DNA from: Takakia lepidozioides
Taxonomy: Eukaryota > Plantae > Bryophyta
Direction: 5' to 3'
Assembly (NCBI GenBank): GCA_030704615.1
Contig: CM060734.1
Span: 13,330,001-13,394,000 of the forward strand
Length of the DNA: 64,000 bases
Part shown: piece by piece, positions 1 through 12,216 of the stretch
Layout of the letters: each line of letters begins with the position of its first letter
Numbering within the stretch: the first letter of the stretch is position 1
Translations under genes and position numbers: made by a program
Notes under the pieces: generated by a model
Databases searched by the model: none
Told to the model about the DNA's origin: nothing
The model's input: the letters and a program-made list of their open reading frames with translations, nothing else

Positions 1-1047
1 TACTTGGTCCGCGGGGGTGTTGTGAACTTTGTGCCGATCCGTGCGGTCATAGTTGTAGGAGTACTTGAGGAAGTAGTGTCATTTTCTTCATTTGGACAGA
101 AGTAAGTCCGCTTGGAGCTTGTTGGCGAATAGCAAAGAGCAGACAAAGCTATTATCTTTTTTTGTACTGCGATACACCAGAAAGCATATATATTGTGAAA
201 CGTTCCAAAATTGGTTCCATGATGAGGCAAATGCCATGGTAGCAAACAGAGAGGTGGGAAAAGAGGGCAAGCTGCTGAGAAAAGAGAGGGAGAGGGGAGG
301 TACGATGGCGACTGAAGAGTGCTTCGCAGAAGTAGTAGTCATGGATAGGATAGTGGAAATGTGAAGGGTTAATAAGACTAGGTAGGTAGAAAACTGGCGG
401 AACCCTACATGATTAGTCATGGCTAAAGACACTGCACGGATGCGGACACGGCGGGAGGACGGAGCTCCGCCGAGCTCTCTCACCAGCAGAATTAGAAAAA
501 TATGGGATGCAGACTGGAATGAAATGGAGACTTTTTACTGATGAAGAGTATGATAAGTGGATGAAAAATATCCCAAATGTTGTTCCACAGAAAGGATGGA
601 AACCAGACATGTCATATATGAAATAAAAGATGGTTGGAATTCCTGGACCATCATGATATACTATTATGGATGTTTCTCCCTTATATTTTTATAAATATAT
701 ATTTGTAATATATGTACATATTATATTATAATTATGTAGATAAATGTCTAATGTATGGATAAAAGAGTACCCTCAAATATTGAAAGACTTGAAATTTACA
801 ATGTTTCATGCCAGTGATGACAAAACTCTTCGCACCTTAGTTATAAGGTATTGATGTAAACTCAGAACTACCATCAACGATTCTATTGCAAATGGAAAAA
901 AAAAAACCTTTAGCCAAAGTTGACACAAACAAATATCATTTCACCATTCGGCTACAACCTCTTATTGGATATACGCCATTTCAATTCTCCTACAATAAAA
1001 GTGGACAAGCCATTGTCCACTTTTAATGAATACAGTGTTCACCAATC

Positions 1048-1410
1048 TTGATCAATCCAAGATGGGATCTACCATTCCATGTACACAGTGATGCATCAGG
1101 CATCGCCCTTGGAGCAGTTATGGCTCAGAATGTGACAGGCACAATAGATTCTCCAATCTATTATGCAAACAGACTACTGACATCTGCTGAAAAGAACTAT
1201 AGCACCATAGAGATGGAAGCATTGGCAATGATATATGTTGTTTCAAAGTTTCGGCATTATTTATTTGGCAATCGCTTTAAGTTTATTGTTGATCATCAGG
1301 CTTTGGTTCATTCGGCAAATCGACCACTGGCTAGTGGCAGGGTTGCTCAATGGTTATTACTACTTCATGAGTATGATTTTGAAATAGTTCGTAAACCTGG
1401 AAGACTACAT
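1048..1410 (+). pseudogene. Ty3/gypsy pol fragment, RNase H domain
   Basis: FHVHSDASGIALGAVMAQ...PIYYANRLLTSAEKNYSTIEMEALAM...FRHYLFGNRFKFIVDHQAL...QWLLLLHEYDFEIVRKPG is the canonical gypsy RT-RNaseH motif series; no RT or IN is adjacent. Confidence 0.9.
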
Positions 1411-1435
1411 GTCAACCTGAAGCACAAGAAGAGGA

Positions 1436-2870
1436 GTGAGATCCTTTGGACGCTCTAGGAGTGTTTCAAGCAGACTGCACAGGTCACCTTCAAATATCAG
1501 TGCAGCCTTGAGGAAGATCGACGACGATGCAGAAACGCAGGCAACACTGACAAGTTTTGGCTTACGGTACTTCATCAGCACCTTGGACTGGAACCTCAAG
1601 CATGACGAGCTCTGCAGGGAATTCTTGGAGAATTGCAATACCAACAGTCGGTCTCCGCGTGTCCGCGACACACATATCCTATTGACCGAGCAGTACTTGG
1701 CGGAGGTGTTTCATCTTCCTAGTCAGGACGTTCCAGCACACAACAACAAACCCCAGAGGTTTGTCATTCCAGATCTGTTTGAGAAACTCACACAACCCGA
1801 CCAAGGCTACACATGCAAAGACAGCAAGGATCCAGGCTTTGAGAAGATCGTCCCAGTGTTTAGCGCGTTGCTTTGCCTCGGGCAAAACAACAGCTACTGC
1901 ACTAAGGAGCTAGTAGAGCAAGTTGATTTGCCTCAACGGGCAAATCGTTAATTGGGTAGGCTTCTTGTTGAAGAAGCTGCTCCAAGAGCTTACCCGGCTG
2001 ACGAAGAAAGAAGAACCAGTCGACATTTACCATGGCGACTCCGCTACTACTGCAAATGATCCGACACACGGTTCATTTGACACCGGTGGAGCAAACAGCT
2101 ATGAGAATCATGCAACGAACAGTAACAGTGGAGGAGGATGAGAGCGAGACAGCCGCAGTACAGGAAGATAGGAACAGGCATTGTAGGAGGAGGGCGGATT
2201 TGCAAAGAGGGCCCGTATAGACGAAGGCACAACGAGCGGGATGGCGGAAGTCACGCTCACTTCCACGGCAAATTCTACACTGCATAGAGAAGGAGAGGAG
2301 CAAGAGCCAGAGGAGACTACACTGTAGAGAGAGGGAGACAAGCGACAGCCGAAGGACATGACTTTGATGGATACCACACCTGCCAACAACAACATGGAGG
2401 TTCGGCGGGAAATTTCTACACAAGTTGAGCAGCAGACAGGGGAAGCACCAGCACCAGCCACCCAATAGCATAACACCCAGTAAGACCCGAATTTGGAGTT
2501 ACTCTTGTCACAACAACTTCCAGACACGAGTATGTGGGATACAGGATTGTCAGACAATCCCATCAACGCCATCTCATAGACTGTCATGGCATTGAACTAG
2601 GTTACAATGTTGTTGAGCATAATCAAGGACTACATCTCTCCAGAACAACAAGTAACACAGTTCTGGAACATATTCAAGACAAGCACAAGCGGGAGCTTGA
2701 GGCATCACGAACTCTATGTAACCATGAGGTTACAATTGCTGCCCCGGAGGATCATAAGACTACTACGCTTCGCCAGTACAACCACTTGGAAATTCGTCGA
2801 GCAGAATGGGAACAAAAGTGGCAGCGATAGCGGGAAGCAACACAATACGTCCAAGCGGATCTCGATGCAG
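1436..2870 (+). pseudogene. Frameshifted retrotransposon accessory ORF (plant-transposon-protein-like)
   Basis: ELCREFLEN...VRDTHILLTEQYLAEVFHLP and 'VNWVGFLLKKL' resemble the extra ORFs of plant gypsy elements; the ORF is broken over several frames. Confidence 0.4.
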
Positions 2871-3064
2871 ATTCAAGTTGTCATTCTTGACGTGACGTGG
2901 CGATGACACGTCGGACGTCACGTCACGTCGAAACCGGACGTTTACCCATGTGTTTTTTTTTTACATTTGACTTTTACAATTAACTTCTACCCTCTCTAAT
3001 GACATGGCAGCCACGGTGTAAAACACACGTGGATACTTATTAATATTTAATTCTTTTTATAAAA

Positions 3065-3315
3065 TGCGACTGCCCATATTGGTGGTCACTTGCAATTTAT
3101 TATTTTTTAAATGAAGCAACCGCCATTGGCGGTTGCTTCTATTTTTATTTTTTTTAAATGGAGCGTCACTGGTGGTCTCCTATAATTTTTTTAATTTTTT
3201 TAAATGCAGCAACCGCCAATGGCGGTCGGTTTTTATATATGTAGCGACCGCCATCCAGCGGTCGGTCATTTTTTAAATTTTAGAAAATTCAGCGACCGCC
3301 GTGTGGCGGTCGCTG
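3065..3315. repeat. Array of about 6 GC-rich palindromes (RACCGCC-n-GGCGGTY) separated by A/T-rich spacers
   Basis: GAAGCAACCGCCA-T-TGGCGGTTGCTTC (3113-3139, 13-bp arms), CAGCGACCGCC-GTGT-GGCGGTCGCTG (3290-3315) and degenerate copies, directly upstream of the outer transposase. Confidence 0.85.
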
Positions 3316-3367
3316 TTATTACCTTTGAAGAAAGTATGTTGCTTCAGTCGTTGAAGACAAAAGGGAG

Positions 3368-4364
3368 GTGGTGGTGAAAAAAGAACAGACGTCCTCCACT
3401 CCAATCGTTGAGCTTTCGGATTCGTCCGATGATGACACAAGTGAAATTCCAACTCCAGTCCTTTGTACTGTAGTTGTGGAAGCGGATGAAGAAGAGATTT
3501 GTAGTGTCATTCCAAAACTACGGGCGATGGGAGGAATGGCAGGTTTCAAAAGTGAGTTGCGGGGAATTGATTGGGAATCTTTGAAGCAGGTGCCTGTGAA
3601 GTTCCTGCCAGAGACTTTTGATGGGGATATCCTGTTGGAGCTGCCTCCTCCTCTGCGAGTTGGAGGTATAACAAGCATGATGCACGGAATGGACAAGAAA
3701 CACGACGGGCACCCATGGTGCAGAGCAAAAACATCCAATATTCAAAATGAGGACAAGCTTGTTTTCAGGAGAACAGTTTGCAATGGACACCTTAAGTGTG
3801 ATAATTTGAATTGCAGACACTTTCTTCAGTCTGGGGTTCATAATCAAAGCGAGTGGGAGGGTCTCGCGGAAAATCCATTTAAGCCTGGGACTGCTCCTCC
3901 ACCGGCAACCACTTTCGTTCGCAAATTCTGCAAACTTGTACCATCCTGCCTGGCGCTGTGCGGAGCAAGAATGTACTATGTTGTCTACCGTTTGAAAACA
4001 ATGACAAGAGCTTGTGTGCATTTCGGTTTCCATCACCATCCTATCTTGAAGGGGGATTACAGGGAGAGTGTTGAGACAATATCGAGGTTGATTAAACAGG
4101 AGTACGAGAGAAACCCATCCGCAACAACATCTGCAATTGCTCTTGGCGCAAGCAAGTCCTTCTTGGAAAGCCATATTTTGAGTGAAGGGGATTCTGTGGG
4201 GACTAAACTTGACGGTGCAGCATTGGACGTTGTCATGGATCATTTCTCCACTTTGAGTTCACCTAACATTCGGCATCAGATCAATGCATTGAGAATGGGC
4301 TCTGGGATCAGAGGCTACATAGACAACATTTTGGAATTGAAACGACTGAGCAAGTACGACTACA
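3368..4364 (+). pseudogene. Outer MULE-like transposase, N-terminal part (GCM/WRKY-like Zn-binding domain), interrupted by the 4365-18148 insertion
   Basis: KHDGHPW...C-x-G-x3-C-x4-C...C-x2-C...C-x3-C...H-x-G-x-H-x-H; homologous to the inner transposase (7622-8782); ends at KYDY exactly at the TSD and continues in frame at 18157. Confidence 0.85.
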
Positions 4365-4599
4365 GAGGTTAGCTATTTCATGAGCATGAGCGGCATGAGC
4401 GGAGTAGCAAGACAATCGGTTTTCATGAGCAGAAATACAAATTTCGAAAATAAAAAAACATTATAAAACATTAATTTAATGGAATGGGTCAGAAAAAACA
4501 AATATATTATTCGGCACCTTGAAGGGGAAATTGTAGTTTTGAGAGTTGTGTTCATGATATTTCGTCTTCCGCTCATGCCAATTCCCAGCGACATGTGCA

Positions 4600-4995
4600 A
4601 AAATGGCGCTGAATTTCGCGGTAATAGGGTCCGTAACCGGAAAGAATCGCGACGTATTTCACGGTAATAGGTCTCTCTGGCGAAAAATGGTGCCGAATTC
4701 CGCGGCTATAGGTCCCCTCATGACAGGTGTGTAAGCCCAAAATTTGGAAATGTTGCGCCAAATTTCGGTACATGGTGCCGGGGATTGCACAGATGTTGGG
4801 CAGTTCTGGGCCATGTAACTAGAAATTTGGCGCCATTTTTCCAGACATCGTTCCCGATCATGTTTGGACTTAGCCAGTTTTCGGCCCAAAATAGGGAAAT
4901 TCGGTGCCATTTTTCCAGACACAGGGGTACCAGTGCATGTTGGGACTTAGCCAGTTTTCGGCCCAAAATAGAGAAATTCGGCGCCATTTTTCCAG
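4600..4995. repeat. Left subterminal copies of the AAATT(C/T)GGCGCC motif and GGACTTAGCCA repeat
   Basis: Several degenerate copies (4821, 4896, 4973) of the same units found in the 14690-15545 intron array. Confidence 0.75.
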
Positions 4996-5150
4996 AAATG
5001 GCCCCACAACTACTTCTGTTGGATCTCAGTTTGAATGGAATTTTGCCTCATTCCAGGAGTTTTGGGGTGCATTTCATTACACTGCAAAAAAAAATCTGAT
5101 ACATGAAAATGCAATTGAAAATATCCATATGGAGGATTCCCTTTGCCCCA

Positions 5151-8100
5151 TCAATGATTTCTGGAATCCCTAAGGAGGAGTTTGTGCAGCTCGTTCACGC
5201 TCAACGCTGGTGCATGAATAAAGTCATCAATAGTCACGTTCATCCTCAACCTCTTCAGGTAAATGTAATACAGATGTTTGCACGGATAATACTTTGAACC
5301 CTTCTTTGCTTCCATCAACGAGAAGTCCGTACAATTGCAAGTCGGCTCCACTCCAATCGTAATTGTGTATACATCGTCGCGTACAGCCGAGCCGGCCGTT
5401 GCCATCCGATAAACACGCCCAAGGCCGGGTGGAGGTACGTCCACGGAGCTCTGAATAGTGCAAGTCATCCCAAGAGCATTGGCAATCCGAGTCTCATTCA
5501 ACTTGTTGGGAGGTTGTCGTCTCTTCACTCTTCCGAATCGCATTGTGGGATGTGCAGAATTGTCCAATCCGTCTCTACTGGACCGACCGGTCTGCAATGG
5601 CTGGGTCTGAGGAACTGGAAATGCGTGGGCTGGGACGTCTGTGCGTTGCACCATTCGAAATCCTGCTGCAGATAGAGCATCCGCCTCATTCTGAGAGAGG
5701 CTGCAACCCGGTGCAACAGGCCAGACGCCCGGAGGCTCCGGCATTCCCTGAATCTCGTATTTGGGCTTGCCAAATACACAGGTCATTATGTCGTGCCTAC
5801 AGAACCAAACGTCTGCGTTGTGGCGTGAGCAAATGTGGGAGTCAAAAATCTGTCGCTGAAACAAGGTGCAGGTACAGCACCGTGTGGGTTCCTCCGAATC
5901 ATCTCACCACAGCGTGCTCTTGTATCCACCCGAATAACGCAACACTTCCCTCGAAATGCCGGCAATGTCCTTGCAATTCTTCACTGCGACTCCGACACTC
6001 TTGTCTCCACAATGGGTATGTTGTAATGCGTTACTACAGATGGCTCGTTATGTTCCTCGGGCACGTGCCCTGTGCTCAAAGGAGATGACGATCTTGAACG
6101 TGCAGGACTTGCGGTGCTCGACGAGACCTCCTCGGGCAACATCACGGGACCACGAGGGAACGTGCGAATATTCTTGTCAGCTCGCCATGAATCCTCTTCC
6201 CCGCCAGGTGCCTCGTCAAGTCTTCGTCTCACTGGACGGGTATGAACATCCCTTCCAAATGTTGCCTCTTCGAAGCAATGGCGTGTCCCGAAGGCCCTCT
6301 CGCAAGGCCGCCGCCCACTTCCGAGGATTCTTCGATCTGGAGGCAGTTCGCATCAGCATTTCCTGCTTGTCCGGCCCCAAGCCCCACTGTTTCCCTTTCA
6401 AGAACTCGTTGTACCTGCATTGCTGCATAATTTACCTCACAATGTCCTCCGTTATGGCAGTGAGGATGTCCACCAGATGCGCCGCAGAGGAGGCACACCA
6501 AGAAGAATGCACTGATTCGGCCATGTTTGTCGTGGGCATGTCGGTGTCGGAGTCGAGACACATTTCTTGCACAAGCACATGTTGAGGTTACAAGCAAGTT
6601 ACAAATAATGCCAAGAATAATATTCAACGGGACGCGAATTCGTGCAACTCACCTCCCGCATATAGTCACCGAACTGGAGGAAACGATAATGTCACCATGC
6701 TAGCCAACTGACCATTGCTCCCTCGTCTGATTTCCTTACAGCACCTGACGATGTCCACCAAGCCCGTATACATGCAAACTGTGTCTCTGCATCATCCAAG
6801 GTGGGAGCGCGCTTCCACGCAAGACACATGGAACGGTGCTCCTCTCTGAAATCTGGCGCCACGAGCCTGGTTGTGTACTGCGAAAGGCTCTGCAGAAAAT
6901 GGAACCCACAAGATCTCTCCTTGCCTTCCATGGGAACATTGGGGTCTTGCCCGTACACCCTTCGGATGGCAGCCCAATTTGCTTGTGCGTTGTCCGCCAT
7001 GAAACCACGGAAATTGGGAGGGGGCAATCCCGCCTTGGCCATCTATTCGTTTATTCCCTGCCAAAGAAGCATCTCCGATTGTGTGTCCTCTCCTTTCATC
7101 TCACAAATAGCAATTGTCATTAGCATCCTGCAGTGGGTGTTGTAGACATGTGCACCCATTGTCACCCACTAGTGATTTGTAATTCGCTTGATATGGTCGA
7201 ACATGACCCAACTGTTTGACAAGTCCCCACTCGTCATCCTGTCGACCAGTTCGACGCCGCTGCCAGGTCCACACGTGGACATTTTGAATACGAAACAACG
7301 ATCTGCCTCAGTCCCTTGTCCTGGAAACCTACTTCCATGAATGTAGTCATATCCACATCGTCGCTTTACCTCCAGAATGGAGTGCATATCCGAGCCACGC
7401 CCAATTTTCTGTTTGCATGAGACAATGTGGTTTCGGACATTTGGTGCACATATGTGGGACACCGACTCCAGCAATGCCTCCATTTCCTTCTCATCGAGAG
7501 GAACTCTATCGGAGCCGTCTTTCGACATAATTCTGGCCAAGGCCATCTTATGGACGGCTTGGAGCTGTATCTGTTTGGGTTTGGCACCCGGTCTCAACTT
7601 AACCTCCTCCTGAACGAGCTGCTATGCCTCGTGGGCAGCCTCCCGCGAGTTCCCCCTCGCCAATTTGTGACAATGGGAACCAACGTGTATGCAAGCTCGG
7701 GTGAGGTCAGGGAAATGGTGCAACGCATAGAACTGCTTGGCATTACAAACAGACATGCAGTGTGGTGGTTCTTTGCAATGCGCACACTTAAATGTGGAGT
7801 TCGGAACCTTCTCCTGAGCACGAAATGGTTGATGAGCTGTGCCTGTCCAATCGGTCTCGTTCCTGTGACCTCTGGATTTAAAGTGGAAGCAAGTTGGGGA
7901 GAAACACCGCAACGCACCCGCACAAACAACGTAGCGCACCCGCACACCATCGAGCATCTTCATGCTGGTGGTTTTGGTGACGCACCAAGGATGACCATCA
8001 TGTTTTCTATCTATATCTGTCAACATTCCAGACGCCCTCGAGTAGTCCGTCCGAGGAGGGAACTCAAAGAAGATATTACCGTCGACGTCTGCGGGAAGGC

Positions 8101-8782
8101 ATGTAACCGATTTAATTGCGAACTTGCTATAGTCCAGCCCGGCCAGCTCCGAGCGGTGTCCCTCCATGTGAAGCCCTCGCAGAATTTCAAGAATAGATTG
8201 AACTGCGGTGCTTGTGCTGGGAATATGACTCCCTCGTCCACTGACGTCCATTGAGGACTTGCCTGATCTCCAGGACGACCTCGGAACTTCCATGACCTCG
8301 TCTGAGTCGGACAGGTTGTGAACAACCCGGTTTTCGCTCGTCTTCATGGATGGGTTCGGCTCTGGATTTACTTTGTTGCGGACTTCTCTCTTTGAGGTAG
8401 CCACTCTCTGATTCGCGGATTGTTTCGTGGAAGGCGCCAGGATAGAAGGTGCATTTGGCGGGCAAATGAAGTCCCCAACAGCCCTGTATATGACATTGTC
8501 CGATGGTGGAACTCGCCATTCCCTGCCATCGCCGAAATCATCGTGGAGCACAACAATACTCTCGACAACAACGCCGTTTGAGTCCTTCCTTTCCTCCTCC
8601 AAAAAAACCGACCCCGGTTTCAGGTGGTATCGAACGCACAAATATTTCTCCATCACCCGGCAGATGTCCCCTCTACACGGAAATGAAGCTCTATGCTCGT
8701 GAGGAGGGCAGTACACTGTAGCGCTCGGGTTTTCCACCATGGGAGATGTGCACACAAGACTCCCAGGATGGCGTGCGGGCAA
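5151..8782 (-). pseudogene. Inner MULE-like transposase (GCM-like Zn domain, DDE core, Cys-rich domain, SWIM)
   Basis: HDGHPW Zn domain; MFDHIKR...FMADNAQAN...CGFHFLQSL (D, D, CxxH) and TNMAESVH (E); C-terminal SWIM CNCTDF-x-CKHL; one intron near 6590-6652; several premature stops (about 7169, 7043, 6692, 6432) and frameshifts. Confidence 0.85.
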
Positions 8783-8959
8783 GCTCCCTGGTAGAAGGGG
8801 GATGTAGCGATGGGAAGGAATGCGGTGCCGATTTGTCCGAGCGACGAAGCCTGATCCAAATCCAGGGAGCCAACTATCTCAAAAATCCACAGTCAGAGTG
8901 TTAATGAACCTTGTCTCAGGAATGCGGCCCCTGGTCTTTGCGCAATAACTGCCAACGGT

Positions 8960-10140
8960 ATGCAGTCAGAAAGTGGGGGGCCGTCCGGATGATGTCGGCT
9001 GAAGGGGAGAAGCCGGCACCGTGCCGTCACATTACTACCCCCGGATGAAAATTTGGCACCGAATATCCAGCAGGGTCCGCACGTATGAAGTCGCCTCGGG
9101 CAGAGAGGCCGGAACCTGCCCAACAGAGAACAACCCCCGGATGGAAATTCAGCGCCGAATTTCCATTCGGATCCCCCTAAAGGAAGTCGTGTCGGGGGGT
9201 CAGGCCGAAAACTGGCCGACATAAAAACCTCCCCAGATGGAAAAATGGCGCCGAATTTCCATCCGAGGCCGTTCGGATGCAGTCGGCTCGGGGGAAAGGC
9301 CGCCACCTGGCCCTCACATTACAACCCCCGGACGGAAATTTGGCACCGAATATCTAACAGGGGAAGCCCGGATGAAGTCGCCTCGGGCGTAGAGGCCGGC
9401 GCGTGTTCGACAGAGAGCATCCCCTGGATAGAGATTCGGCGCCGAATTTCCATCCGGGCCCCCCCCAAACGAAGTCATGTCGGGGGGGCAGGCCGAAAAC
9501 TGGCCGACATACAAAACCTCCCCAGATGGGAAAAACGGCGCCGAATTTCCATCCGGGGCCATTCGGATGCAGTCGGGGAGGGGGGAGAGGCCGGCACCTG
9601 GCCGTCACATTTCAACCCCCGGACGGAAATTCGGCACCGAATATCCAACAGGGGACGCCCGGACGAAGTCGCCTCGGGCGGAGAGGCCGGCACCTGTCCA
9701 ACAGAGACCATCCCCCGGATGGAAATTCGGGGCCGAATTTCCATCCGGGCCCCCTCAAAGGAAGTCCGGTCGGGTGGTGAGGCCCAAAACTGGACGATAT
9801 AAAAACCTCCCAGGATGGAAAAACGGCGCCGAATTTCCGTGCGGGGCGGTTCGGCTGCAGTTGGGGAGGGGGGAGAGGCCGGCACCTGGCCGTCACATTT
9901 CTACCCCCGGACGGAAATTCGGCACCGAATATCCAACAGGGGACGCCCGGACGAAGTCGCCTCGGGCGTAGAGGCCGGCACCTGTCCGACAGAGACCATC
10001 CCCCGGATGGAAATTCGCCGCCGAATTTCCATCCGGGCCCCCTCAAAGGAAGTCCGGTCGGGTGGTGAGGCCCAAAACTGGACGATATAAAAACCTCCCA
10101 GGATGGAAAAACGGCGCCGAATTTCCATCCAAGGCCGTTC
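8960..10140. repeat. About 4 tandem ~288-bp units, each with 3 variants of the GGAAATTCGGCGCCGAATTTCC palindrome
   Basis: AAAACCTCCCAGGATGGAAAAACGGCGCCGAATTTCC recurs at about 9802 and 10090 (288 apart), with more diverged units upstream. Confidence 0.9.
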
Positions 10141-10254
10141 GGATTTTCCTCTAGCAGTCAAGGATTCCATGAAAAACGTGTCTAAAAGTGGACTTCAGCC
10201 ACAAAACTAACAGCTTAGTTTGTTTTTCTCCAAAAAACCAAGCGGCCACGCTCA

Positions 10255-11175
10255 GAATTACCTGCAGGAAGGTAATTCGGCGCTTCGACTTACTTGGCGA
10301 ATGGAAATTCGGCGCCGAATTTCCATCTTGATCCGCTCTGAATTACCTGCATGACGGAAATTTTGCGCGCCGCCCTACCTGCCGGATGGAAATTCGGCGC
10401 CGAATTTCCATCCATCCGCTCTCCGACCAACCTGGCGGATGGAAATCCGGCGCCGGATTTCCATCCATCCGGCTCCGAATTACCTGCGTGGCGGACATTT
10501 CGCGCACCACCCTACCTGGCAGGATGGAAATCCGGCGCCGGATTTCCATCCATCCGGCTCCAAATTACCTGCGAGACGGAAATTTCGCGCGCCGCCCTAC
10601 CTGGCAAGATGGAAATCCGGCGCCGAATTTCCATCCATCCGCTCCGAATTACCTGCGTGGCGGAAATTTCGCGCACCGCCCTACCTGGCAGGATGGAAAT
10701 CCGGCGCCGAATTTCCATCCATCCTCACTCCGACCAACCTGGCGGATGGAAATCCGGCGCCGGATTTCCATCCATCTGGCTCCGAATTACCTGCGTGGCG
10801 GAAATTTCGCGCGCCGCCCTACCTGGCAGGATGGAAATCCGGCGCCGGATTTCCATCCATCCGGCTCCGAATTACCTGCGAGACGGAAAATTTCGCGCGA
10901 CGCCCTACCTGGCAGGATGGAAATTCGGCGCTGAATTTCCATCCTGCTGCTCTCCGAATTACCTGCATGACGGAAATTTTGCGTGCCGCCGTACCTGGCG
11001 GATGGAAATCCGGCGCCGGATTTCCATCCATCCGCGCTCCGAATTACCTGCAGGATGGAAATCCGGCGCCGGATTTCCATCCATCCGCGCTCCGAATTAC
11101 CTGCAGGATGGAAATCCGGCGCCGGAATTCTATTCTGCTGTGCTCCGAATTACCTCTACGTTGGAAATTCCGGGC
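10255..11175. repeat. Dense array of GGATGGAAAT(T/C)CGGCGCCG(A/G)ATTTCCATCC palindromes with GAATTACCTGC and CCTACCTGGC linkers
   Basis: More than 10 copies; a perfect 30-bp palindrome GGATGGAAATCCGGCGCCGGATTTCCATCC occurs at e.g. 10437, 10522 and 10745. Confidence 0.95.
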
Positions 11176-12216
11176 CGAGTTGCGTCATATTTCATCCGAC
11201 AGGGAGGGCTTCATCCGACATTTAATTGCGTAGTTGGGCATTAAATGTCCACCGCCGTCCGTTTTTATTCGGGCTGGCGACACATGGCTTCCTCGATACG
11301 TACCCTAAATCTGATGCTAATCTTGGATTAACTTCTATTCGAGGCATGGACTCCAAAAAACTGAGATCTTTTTCCATTTTGGCTGGGACTTATGCCGCCT
11401 GAAGGGCGTGGCTCTCTTGAGAGAGACCTCACATCCAGACCGCGGCGGAAGTTGAAAGCTTTGTACTACGGACGACGGCCAATCTCTCGCATGGCCAAAC
11501 TTAAGCTCCAGCAGGAGATTCCAGTGTCTTGCTCACAACTCGCTCCAACTGAAGCCGAGTACTCTCAGGCAAGCCACTTCTGCTTTTGCTTTGTTCGCTT
11601 TCGCTTTCGCTTTGTTTTTGCATCTTCATCCTGGCATCGCTGGAAGCGTATGGCTGCATCGCAAAAGCAGCAGCTGTTGCGAAAAATGATCAAGGTCTGA
11701 GTGGTTAAAAATTAAGGAAATCCATGCTGAGCTGAGAAGATGAAGTGCCTTCAAAACATTTCACCCTGTTTTCCCGTCTTATGGAATTCCTGATCATTTG
11801 TTCATCGTGTTTCATATTACCGGTTGAGTGAACCTTAGATAGTTTGCAATGCGTGTGCAAAGCCGGCAGCTCTGGAGAAGGCTGCTTGTGCATGTCATTC
11901 TTAGACATTGGTTGGATTTGTTTTCATTGTTGTTCCATGGCACTCCATACTTTCTAAACTTGTTTTGTTTTCATTGTTGTTCCACGATTGTTGCTATGGT
12001 GGTTGCGCTGCTCATTGCGATGCTGGTTTTGGCACCGATGTTGGTTCTGACGATTTTGGGAATGACAGAGTGACGACGAGCCCGGCACGCTGGTGGTATC
12101 ATCGACCGCTCCAACTCATCGCATATTTGAATCACCCAACTTGGGGCGAGAGGGCAAACTTCAACCTTTTGTTGGTGGACGGGAGGACCTGCAGCGAGGG
12201 TACGACAGAATAGGCA

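Noticed and set aside
1-1040. Short ORFs at the window start
   Set aside because: No recognisable motifs; cannot support a call
8893-11244. Many ORFs with MEIRRRISI / GWKFGAEFP / DGNPAPDFH repeats
   Set aside because: Translations of the palindromic DNA array, appearing on both strands; not proteins
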